Source of the DNA: Cenococcum geophilum
Taxonomy: Eukaryota
Length of the DNA: 64,000 nucleotides
Direction: 5' to 3'
Assembly: GCA_050273025.1 (NCBI GenBank)
Contig: CP158635.1
Span: 1,674,001 to 1,738,000, forward strand
In this document: positions 41,501-53,300 of the stretch, in pieces
How the letters are laid out: each line of letters opens with the position of its first letter
Numbering within the stretch: position 1 is the stretch's first letter
Notes under the pieces: generated by a model
What the model was told of the DNA's origin: nothing
The model's input: only the letters and a program-made list of their open reading frames with translations
Databases searched by the model: none
Position numbers and translations under genes: made by a program

Positions 41501-42422
41501 CTAAAGAGGAACTATTAACTCCTAGGTAGAGACTATCACCGTTCTAAAATAATTAACCCCTATAACAACAGTAGTAACCTAGTAGAAAAAATGGAGATCT
41601 AAAGACCCGCCAATATTTAGCGGAAAAGGCACCCCGCTAGAATAATAATCTAATTTTAAGACCTAGCATATTAAGATTAAGGGAGTCTTTAACTAGGACT
41701 AGGACTACTTTAATATAGTTTAGTCCCAGATTCTTTATATCTTAGATATACTAAAGGATAAGGCCTATAAGTTTATTAAGTAGGGCTTAGAGCTTATATA
41801 TAAGAACCTAAATAACATATCTATATGGAAATGGCCTACTAAGGAAGATATGCTTAAAGACCTTACTACCTACTATAAGGTCCTTAATATAACCTAGGTC
41901 GCAAAGAATAAGCTTAACTATTTTCCTTAGGATAAGCGTAATTATTGGTCCTAAAAGAGAGAGCTTAATAAGCTAATAGTCCGCGCTAAGAAGATAGATA
42001 AACAAAGGGTGGACCTACTCTAAAAGGTTATCTCTCCGAAGATAAAAGAGCTAATACTTAGACTTGCCTATAAAATTAATAACAGCGATTATACAGGTTA
42101 GAGTAAGTAGATAGATATATTTACTAAGAACCTTATAAACTATACACACCAAGCTAACCTTAAGAAGAACGCCAACTACCGCCTACCTACTTAAGCCCCG
42201 GCCCCTATATTAACCCTAACCCTAGCAGTAACTGGAGAACCTATAAACCTTAATAAAATCTTAGACACGGAGTGTAAGCGCCGCGTTAATAATAGACTAT
42301 ACTTTACCTATAGCCTACCTAGCCACTAAAAGGATGCCTATAACCCCGCTAAGATAGTAAACCTAGTTCTAATACCACCCTATTAAATAACGCGAACTAA
42401 TAACCGCGGACGCGGCGACTAT

Positions 42423-45400
42423 TATTACGGACGCTTTAAGTACAATATTACGACTACTTAGAGAAGAGACGAAAGAAGCTAGTTGGTTAATCTAGGCACG
42501 GTCTAGGATAGAGCCAATAGAACTATATAACGAGGAATGGTAACCAAGGTCATATAATATGCTATATATTAAATAAGAGGAACGAGAGGAACTTACGTAC
42601 CTTATATATAAGACGTACATCACGTATAAGAAGGATTTCATAGGAGTACGGTTGTGTATTTAAGGACCCTTAGTCCCTACCTAGATAGTTCCTTCCTTAT
42701 AGTAATTCTTAGAATACAATTAGAGTTAATCTGTTAGGCAACTACTCCACCAGTTATTATTACGTTGTTGACTTTTATACTTACATTTCCTACACACCTA
42801 GCCCAATAATAAGCCTATTATAGTTCTTACTACAAGGTTCCGTTACACAATTACTACCTAGTTATAGTATTAATATAAAAAGTTAAACAACATGCCACTA
42901 AAAGCAGCTACTATAATGCTATTAACGGCAGCAACTACTTTAGGGACAGGAGGTAATACTAGTATAGTAGATACTAACTTATAGCAACCTGTGACGGTTA
43001 GACAGCTACAGGAAGTAGTCGACTAGCTAATAGCTAACAATATAGTGTTAGAAGAAAGACTTAATAGGATAAGAGTAGTAAAGATTAAGCTATTATTAAT
43101 TAAGAGATTTATAGAAGAGAGGTTAAAGCTTAAAGGATTCCTTACGCAGATGCACTTTAAGGTCTTATAAAAGGGAGCAAAGTTACCTACATTTATAGAT
43201 CGGATAGCCTACGCAGGACTATTCTTATTAGGAAAAGCACTTAAGTGGTTTAAACCTTACCTTATAGAGATATAGGCGAACGGAATAACAACTACTAACT
43301 AAGATGTGCAATTTATATTCTTAAGTTGGGAAGGATTCGCGGAACGACTTACGTAAATGTTTAGAAACCTAGAAGAAATAACTATAGCGGAAAGAAAACT
43401 CTAGAACCTTATGCAACAAACTTTAGTAATTAAGTATATAACACAGTTCCAAACACTAGCAATATAAGTAGAGTGGAATAATAAGGCGCTTATAGCATAG
43501 TATAAATAGGGACTTAAGGCTAAAGTCTAGGACGCAATTATTCTAATAGAAGATATAGATACCCTAAGGGAACTAATAGATTAGGCGATTAAGATTAACA
43601 ATTAGATCTACTAAAGGGAACAGGCTAAGAAGGGCTAAGATAGAGTTCTACAGTTATATAAGGCGCAGAGTACGCAATAACAAAAGCTAAGTCAGAAACC
43701 ATAGTATGGCGCAAAGCCAATAAACCTAAGTAGTACTAAAAAAGCCTATAAGAGATAGAGCAAACTATAGAAACCCAGGGGATAAGGATTAAGTAATTAA
43801 AGGTCTAAGGAGCAAAGGCCAAATTAGGGATTTTAACAGCAGAAGATATTCAGGCGGACTCTATAGTAAGAGAAATGGTTTAAAGAAGGAGCTTGCATAA
43901 ATTACGGAAAATAGGGTCATTACGTTAGAGACTGTAGAAGTAGGCAGAGTTACCATATAGTAAAAGGCATAAAACTAGCAGATAACATACACGTATAAAG
44001 GGACAACAATATACTATAAGGAACAAAAGAATATTTAATTAAAAGTTTTGCGTTTTGTTATAACAACGTATACCAAATTCATAAGGACGCTAAATACGGC
44101 GCAAGCTATTAGCTATAAGAGCCAGCACCTATAGGATACAGAAGAACTAACGAACTAGTTCGCAGATTGGATATTAAGGATAATAAGTTCAACCTAGGCG
44201 AAATATTTCGTAACAATAAGGCAATAAGGGCCGCTTACTAAGAGCAAGTAGACCTTAGAGATATTATACTAGAGGTAGAGGATAATTCCACTACAGAATA
44301 AGGAACATTAGTAGGGATTAAAACCCCACTAGACACAATGTCTATCGCTTCGCAAAACGTAAGAGAAATAGAATAGCAAACCACTTCGGCACTTAATAAA
44401 GGCAAAAGGCTAAAGGCTTAAGATTCTTAAGACGAGATAAGAGATAACTAAGATTCTTAAGACGAGATAAGGCATACCTAAGGACCTATAATAGACAAAA
44501 ACCAATAGAGCAGGGCAGTAGCTTAGTTTAAAAATATACGAATAAGCTTAGGACAGAGTTTCCTATAAGCATAAGATTCTCAAGATAAGATAAGTAAGAT
44601 TTAAGACTCTTAAAACAAGATAAGAACACTATAGACGCCTACTTAAACTAAAGCGGGAGCTAAGCTTAAGTTAGAAGCAAGCTTAGGATTAAAGAATCTA
44701 AGGGACCAAGATTTTAGAGTATAAATAAGGACACCTATAAACAAGAAGTAAGGAGCTTCTTTATAGATTAGAGAATCTGCAATATAAACAGCAGTTAGAC
44801 TAGGAGACAGATATATAAATCTAGGAGACTTACTAGGGGAACGCAGTGTTTAACCTAAAGATTAAAAGTTTAATACTAGGATTAAAAAGTAAGACGACTT
44901 TAAGGATTAGAGCGTAAGGCGCAAACCAAAAAAAACTATAGAAGAGTTTAGGCAAAGAATTATCGTATAGTAAGAACAGAAACTAGACAAAAGATCTAGC
45001 ATATTAGGACGTATAAAGGACAGAGCACTAGTATAAAAAATCACTAATAGGCCAAAAGCAGGCATACTAAGAGCTAAGTGGCTTACTAAACTAGAAAATA
45101 AAGAGGATCTAGGGATTTTAACTAAGTTTAAAGAACGATATATAAAGGGCTATTATAATACAGCAATAAGAAGATACTTCCTTACGGACAGACTGTATAT
45201 ACTCCAGCAGCTATACCAAAAGTAGTATAGGCAAAGGCATAACGATAAGTGGGAAGATTTCTATATGTGGTTAAATAAAAAAGTTATCTAAAACCACCCA
45301 ATTATAAAAAAGGCTATAACGCATATTAAAGGAGCCTTAATTATAACGTTAAAGGATCTAAAGGAACGTTTAGAGGACTAAAAAAGCAAAAGACGCATCT

Positions 45401-48400
45401 TAGTACCTGCGAATAAAGTTATAACGTTTAGATTAGTATAATAAAGGTTTAAACTTAGGAGCGAAAATAAGCTAAAAGTTAACCTAAAGCACCTAGCTCA
45501 CTACACGTTATTATAGATTACGTACATGGATAATATATACAAAATATATAAGAATCCAAAGGAAAAGAATCGGAAATACCCTATAAGGATATACTAGATA
45601 ACGGACAAGTAATAGTACAGGAATGCCAAATATATATATAGATAGCATCCAGCAGAGGTCCAAGAGGAAGGAAGTTTAGTACTTTAACTAGGAAGATTCC
45701 TTACAAAAAAATACTTAGAAGGACAACAGTAGTAGGAATGCCTAAAAAATATATATCTATAGCATATTAAAGATAAAAAGCGAACTAGGTATTAGCTAAA
45801 GAGCGAGCTAAGTATACCAGGATTAAGCAGCTAATAGTTAGGAAAAGTAGAGGCCTACGGGACCAAAGGGAGCTAATAGTAGAGCCTCAAACCCTTAAAG
45901 GAATTTAAGGACAATACCTAAATTTATAAGTTAATTAGTATAATTAGCAGTTTAAAGCGCTAATAGATAGTGGAGTAACGCGAAACTATATCTTACTAGC
46001 AGTAGTTAAGAGAATGGGACTACCTTATAAATAAAAGGAGTAACCTTACCCATTAGTTACAATTTTAGGAGATCCAATAAACTATAGAGGAGGGATTATT
46101 AATCTTGAAATAGGACCTATTTAGATAACTATTAAAGGGAGACAAATCGAGATATCTTTTAATATCCTACTATTAGGACGGGACGAGGCAGTATTAGGTA
46201 TATCTTAATTATAGGAATACAATCTAAGGATTAATTAGATTACAGGTCAAGTTAATATTAGAGATACTTAACGCCGCAAGATATAATAACAAGCTAAGAT
46301 AGTATAGTACTAAGTAGGAGCAACCTATAAAGAAACAGAAAAAGGACTAAGCTATATACCGAAAAGATACTATAAGTATAGCAAAAAACTATAGTCACCG
46401 GAAAGTAAAAAGCTGTTAAAGTATATAGTATAGGACTATAAAATAGAATTAGAACCAGGAACAAGTCTAAAGTTCTTTTTAATCTATAAGCTTACCGAAG
46501 AAAAAGGTAGAGCGTTAAAAGAGTTTATTTAGGAAAATCTACAAAAGGGATATATTAAACTATCGTAGTCATTAGCAGGTTATCCAGTACTATTTATACT
46601 AAAGAAAAATAGCAAACTAAGGCTATATATCGACTATAGACAGTTAAACAGCATTACTAGGAAGGATAGGTATCCTTTACCCTTAATTAGCGAAATCTAA
46701 GATAGGATAGGCAATACGCAAATCTTCACGAAGATAGATCTAAGATAGGTGTACTATTAGATTAGAATCAAGAAAGGCGATAAATAGAAGGCAGCTTTTA
46801 GGTTAAAGGAAGAACTATACAAACCATTAGTTATGCAATTTAGGCTTATAAACGCACTAGCAACGTTTTAGAAGCGTATTAACAATGTATTAAGAGAATA
46901 CTTAAATAAATTTGTTATAGTATATCTCAACGATATTATTATCTACTTAATAACTAAGGAAGAACATGGGGAACACGTTAAATAGGTCTTAAAGAGACTA
47001 TAAGAAGAATAGATGCTAGTAGCAATTAAGAAATACGAGTTCTTTACTAGGAAGACTGATTTTATTAGATTTATCATTAAACCAGGCCAACTCAGTATAG
47101 ATCTAAAGAAGATTAAGGCTATAGTAAATTGGTAGGAACTAGAGAACGTTATACAGTTAAAATCGTTTTTAGGGTTTTGCAATTACTACAGAAGGTTTAT
47201 AGCGCAGTAGTTAAAAAACATTAAGCCATTTACGCGGTTAATAAAGAAAGAAGAACCATAGGTATAGGAAGAGGAGCAAAGAGAACTTTTTAAGAAAGTT
47301 AAAGAGTTGTTTACCTAGGAGCCAGTTCTTAAGATCTATTAACTAGGACTAGAGACAGTTATAGAGATAGATGTATTAGACTATATACTAGGGGCGTGCT
47401 TTATATAAAGGTATTAAGATAGATAGTACCTAGTAGCATACTATAGTTAGAAGATAACACCACTAAAGTTAAACTATGACATCTACAACAAAGAGTTATT
47501 AGGTATAGTTGCAGTATTAAAGGAATAGAGAGCATTCTTATAAGGCATAGAGAAACCATTTATAGTTAAAACGGATTATAAGAACCTAATAGGATTCTTA
47601 ATAACGAAGGAACTTAACCAAAGATAGGTTAGATAGGTAGAGATGCTTACAGAATACCATTTTAAGATTTAGTATACTAAAGGTATAGATAACACGCGGG
47701 TAGATGCTCTAAGCCGTAAAGCTAAACTATAAAATAAGGAAAAGCCATTAGGGGCTTTACTATAAAAAGATATAGATAGATTAATTAGGTACAATTATCT
47801 AAAAATCGTAGCAACTTAAGAAGATAATAAACTAGAGAAAGTCTATAAGATACCAGAAAGCTTTTAGGCATAAAGAATTCTAAAAGCATAGCTAGAAGAT
47901 CTATAGACGGATATATACAAAAATTAAGAAGCGAAGTATATCCTAAGAAGCATAGCAGAGTAGTTCATGGAAGACTTCTATAAGGGACTAACTTAAGGAT
48001 ATAATGGAGCTATGGGCTTAGTGTTAAGACTCTAGGAGGAGTACATCGTTAACGGAATCTGGAGGATAACTAGAAAAGTTATAAAGGAATATTTAGATTG
48101 CTAAAGAAACAAACTGACAAGACATAAGCTATATAGAGGGCTATAACCTATCGAAATACTAGAGAGACCATAGGAGGTTATATTATGGGACTTTATTATT
48201 AAGTTGCCAAAATTAAAAGATCCTATTACTGAACAAGATTATAACGTAATCTTAGTAATAGTAGACAAGCTTATAAAGTAGGGATACTTTATAGCATATA
48301 TAGAAGAAATCTTAGCGGAAGATATCGCTAGAATCTATGTTAAAGAAGTGTTTATAAGATATAGAGCACTAAGCAAGATTATATTAGATAGGGATCCAAG

Positions 48401-50373
48401 ATTTATAGTAGCATTTTGGGAAGTATTCTTAGCGGAGTAAGGAGTTCGAGCAGTAACTTTCACCGTATATTATCTATAGACAGACGGTTAAATAGAAAGA
48501 TTAAACTAGACACTAGAACAGTATCTAAGGTATTATATTAATTATGTATAGAACAATTAGGTATTACTATTACTAATTACACAGTTTGCATATAATGCAA
48601 CACCTTAAGAAGGAATAGGCATATTACTATTTAAGGCAAATTATAGATATAAGCTAAAAATATTATTGTCACTATAGCAAGTAAAGAAAATAAGTAGTAC
48701 AGCTAAAGAAAGAATAAAGGATTTAATAAATCTTTATATAGACCTTAAAGAGATAGCTAAGGTAGTACAGTAGAGAATAAAAAGGTACTATAATGCTAAG
48801 AGATCTAAGGGACCAGATCTTAAGGAGGAAGATAAAGCGTGGCTACTACATAAAAATTTCAAGAGTTAACAACTAAGCAAGAAATTAGACTACGTCAGAC
48901 TAGGACCTTTCAAAATTATATAAAGGATTTCACCGGTTACGTTTAAGTTAAACCTACTAGCTAAAATAAAGATCTACCCTATATAGCATATCGCAATACT
49001 AAAACCAGCATATAGGAATATTAAGCCACCGGTCTATAAAGCAGACACATATAGAGGATAAGAAGAAGACAAATAGCAAGTTTTAAAGATCGTTAATTAT
49101 AAGGACATTGACGACGAAACATAGTACAAGGTTAAGTAGATAGGCTATATAGAGACTACCTAGGAGCCACTAGAGAATTTAAAAAACGCTATAAGAAAGG
49201 TATAAGAGTATTGGAAGAGATTAGGTTAGGCAGTATTAATAAAAAAGGATCGCTAAAGAACGAGTTACCTAAGGGGGACCTAAGAAGAGCAGTTGCCGAA
49301 CTACTTGGATCTATTTCCTTCTCTATTAGAGGAGAATCCGTTCTTTTATTACCTAGTTCCTATAAACCTTGTTTTATAAGTTTCCACTCCTTAAAATAAA
49401 CCTTCTTATAGACCTTTTTAAAACAAAGTAAATAAGTAGACGCCGTAATTTAAGTATCTAGGGCCTTCTATTCCGCGTCACGGGAACATTCCAACTTAGT
49501 AAGGGCTTACAATAGTTTACCATCTAGCCGCGTAGTAGTAGACTAAACACAAAACCTTAAGACAAATTAATTAGGGAACCAAATAACTATTAAGAGTAAT
49601 AGGTCGCGTATATTTAGCATCTAAAGTAGAACGAACGTTACAGAACGAACAAATATTCGCTTTAGTATACTTTAAGCAAGAGGACGGTTATCGCGAAGAT
49701 AGGTTTACCAACGCAACATAAACTAACCCCTCTTTCAAATAATAAGAATACGGAGACGGTATAATCTTACCAAGAGATAATATTACAGCAATAGTGCGAG
49801 CACGACGTTGGGCGTGTAAAGAAGAAATTGCTTTAGGTATAATAAGCAATAATATTAACCAAATTAATTAGACGGATATTATACCTCTAGTAAACAACTT
49901 AGAGATGTTTTAAATCTTTAAGGATAAAGATAAAAAGGAAAGAGATGGTGTTACGGACGCTTTAAGTACAATGTTATAACTACTTAGAGAAGAGACGGAA
50001 GAAGCTAGTTAGTTAATCCAGGTACGGTCTAGGATAGAGCCGATAGAACTATATAACGAGGAATAGTAACTAAGGTTATATAATGTGCTATATATTAAAC
50101 AAGAGGAACGAGAGGAACTTACGTACCTTATATATAAGACGTACATTACGTATAAGAAGGATTTTATAGGAGTACGGTTGTGTATTTAAGGACCCTTAGT
50201 CCCTACCTAGATAGTTCCTTCCTTATAGTAATTCTTAGAATATAATTGGAGTTAATCTGTTAGGCAACCACTCCACTAGTTATTATTACGTTGTTGACTT
50301 TTGTACTTACATTTCCTACACACCTAGCCTAATAACGAGCCCATCGTAGTTCTTGCTATAAGGTTCCGTTACA
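42423..50373 (+). mobile_element. Full-length Ty3/Gypsy chromovirus 'G' (7951 bp) nested in the gag of F
   Basis: 425-bp LTRs at 42423-42847 and 49949-50373, TSD ACTAT. Motifs: CCHC C.NCGK.GHY.RDC (~43894), protease LIDSGAT (~45960), RT YLDDI (~46923), RNase H (~47364), integrase TDGQTE (~48480), chromodomain YKVKW.GY..TWEP (~49070-49200). Confidence 0.95.
49240..49840 (-). pseudogene. Antisense ORF relic in the Gypsy G 3' region: Zn2Cys6-like motif plus coiled-coil, probably two exons
   Basis: From 49840 the minus strand reads IPKAISS...PSPYSYYLKEGLVYVALVNLSSR*PSSCLKYTKANICSFCNVRS. Reverting TAT to TGT gives C-x2-C-x6-C-x13-C-x2-C-x8-C; only two of the six Cys codons are intact. A putative intron spans ~49557-49611, followed by a helical L/A/E/K-rich exon. 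The 3' end is approximate. Confidence 0.55.
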
Positions 50374-53300
50374 ACTATAGAGTCTATTATAGACGCGGTA
50401 ACTATGGAGCCTATTATAGCCGCGGCAAATAACCCCCCCCCCTTTAACCCTACGGCTTAGTTACTCCAAACTATACCCTATATAGGAGCCTAACCCGTTA
50501 ATAATGCCTAGTATTAGTGACTTCGCGCTAGCGAATATAAACACGGCTACGTTGTTGGCGAGGTATTATCTTCCTATACCCCAACTAAAACCAAGACCGA
50601 CACCGCTAGCTAGACGGACACTGGACCGCCCTACTAAAACAGCCCTATACCCTAGTCGTTAAAAGGCAGACCCTTAGACTAAGTTATATCTAAGGGTCTA
50701 AACTATATAAGGAGGAAGACGAGAAGATTAGGTCCCTATTACTAAATTAATTAGTCCTTTCTATTAGTAAACTACCACTTAATTTTAGATTAGCAAATAG
50801 TAATAAGAAATTAATCCTTATTTAAACCCAACTCTCCTTATTATATAACCTATACCCCTAAGTTTATATTAATACAGTAAGCCTAGTAGACTCCGGTAGT
50901 ACTATAATAACATTTACTAATATAGAGTCTATTATAAGAAAGTATAACGTTATAACTAAGAAGCTACTAGCACCTAGGCCACTGTGCCTTACAGATAGTA
51001 TCCCAACTTCGCTTATTACAGACTACTTCACCGCCCGAATATTAATCGGCCTCTATACTAAAGCTATACTCTTTTTTATTACTAAACTCTCGCCTACTAC
51101 CCTAATTATCCTAGGTATGCCCTGGCTTTAGAAGCACGAACTCTGTCCTAGCTTTAGGAAACTTAAGATCCGCTTTAACTTAAACTACTACTCTAGGCAC
51201 TACCTCCCGTAGGGGATAACTGACATTAGTAGAGACGCCCTACGTAAATACTTAGTACTACTAAGCCTAGTGCCTAGGACTATATATAAAGCCCTAATAG
51301 TAGAAGATGTTCCTAATAAAGGGGAGCCTATATAGCTGCAAAGAAACGAGACAGTAGAAGACTGGACTACCCTAGTACTTAAGACTAAAATAATAGGCTA
51401 GCCAGCTCCGCTAAGACTAAGGAAGAAGGTCCGCTTTATACTACTACTATTAAAAATCTAACCCTAACCTAGGTACTATTTAAACCCTAGCCGCCTAGCC
51501 TAATACCCGGAACTAAGCTATATACTATATACATATACTATAGCTCGCGTTATAGTAAGGACTAGCTATAGAACTACTAAGACCTAGATAATAGAAACTA
51601 CGCCACCGTAACGCCTAACCTTATACCTATCTCCTGCGCGTACTATATAGGGCCGCCGCCTTATTTCCGCCCCCCTAGGCCGACTAAGCTGTACTAGCCT
51701 AGCCATAGCACCGGAGAACTAGACACGCCCTAACCTAGACAATATTAAATGCACTTATACTATTAATTTTACCCAGTTCTATAAATAAAAAGACGTAAAG
51801 GTAATAAGGATCTATATAGCGGAGCTGGTAAAACTAGTTAAATAAGATAAGCACTAATAGCTACTTAAAGAGCTGCCTATAGGCCTAATAGAAGTACTAA
51901 ACCTATTAGAAAGGTCTTTCTGCTGGCTAGTAGAAGGCAATTATACGATAAAGGAAGCCTATAAAGTACTCCCCCCCTATTTCTATAACTTTCTTAAGAT
52001 AAATCTAAAAACTAAACCCAAGCTTTTACGTCGGAAGATAGTTAATATTAATGTTAAAAAATTCCTAAAAAGCAAACCAGGATTAACCCATAAAGACATT
52101 CTATAACACCTACTAAAGGAGTTTAGTAAATATATTAAGCACTTCCTCCTTAAGAACGTAGATAAGCTGCCCCTTTACTAACCATAGGACCATAAAATTA
52201 AGATTACCCTTAGAAACTAGGCTTTATACTATAAAAATAGACCACTCTTACCTACTAAACTTAGGTGTATAAAGAAGTGGATTAATAAAATGCTAAATAA
52301 GGGTTTTATCCGCGAATTAACCTTACTAGTTACTATACCACTCCTCCTCACTACTAAGCCTAGCGGCGGTATACGAATTTACTATAACTACCAAGGCCTA
52401 AATATAGTCACTATTAAAAATTAATACCTACTGCCACTAATCCGCAAGATACTTGACGCACTTTATAGTACTAAGTACTTTACTAAACTTAATATAATTA
52501 CTATATTTAACCGGATCTAGATTGCGGAGGGCTATAAGTAGCTTACAGTATTTATTACCCAGTTCGGACTCTATAAGATACTAATTATACTATTTGGCCT
52601 TTATAACGCACCTGCTACGTTCTAAAACTATATTAACTATATTTTATACAACGCCCTTAATAACTACTGCACTGCCTACCTTAATAATATCCTTATCTTT
52701 TCTAAAATACGCGCCGAGCACACTAAGTATATAAATGAAATTATTTAAAGACTTAGCAATACTAGACTTTAGATTAATATTAATAAGTCTAAGTTCTACT
52801 CTACTAAAATAAAATACCTTAGCTTAATTATCTTGATTAATAGCATAACTATAGACCTTAAGAAGGTATAGGCCTTATAGAAATAGAAGAACCTAATATT
52901 AATTAAAGAACTATAACAATTTCTTGGCTTCGCGAACTTCTACTAACGATTTATCTAAGGCTATTTTACTATCGCTACACCTATAACAAAACTCCTAAAG
53001 AAGGATATTAGATGGCTATAGGGACTAGAATAAGCCAAATTGTTTAAGGCCCTTAAGGGAGCCTTTACTTTAGTACTAGTACTAGTATACTATAACTATA
53101 TAAAGAAAATAGTAGTAGAGATAGATGTATTAAATTAGGCTTTTAGTGGAGTCCTTTCCCAGTATAACAATAACGGAAAATTAAGACTGGTTGCATTCTT
53201 CTCTATAAAGCACTCTACGCTAGAGTATAACTATAAGATCTATAATAAAGAACTCTTAGCTATTATTAAGGCTTTAGAGGAATAGCGTCCTAAGCTATAA

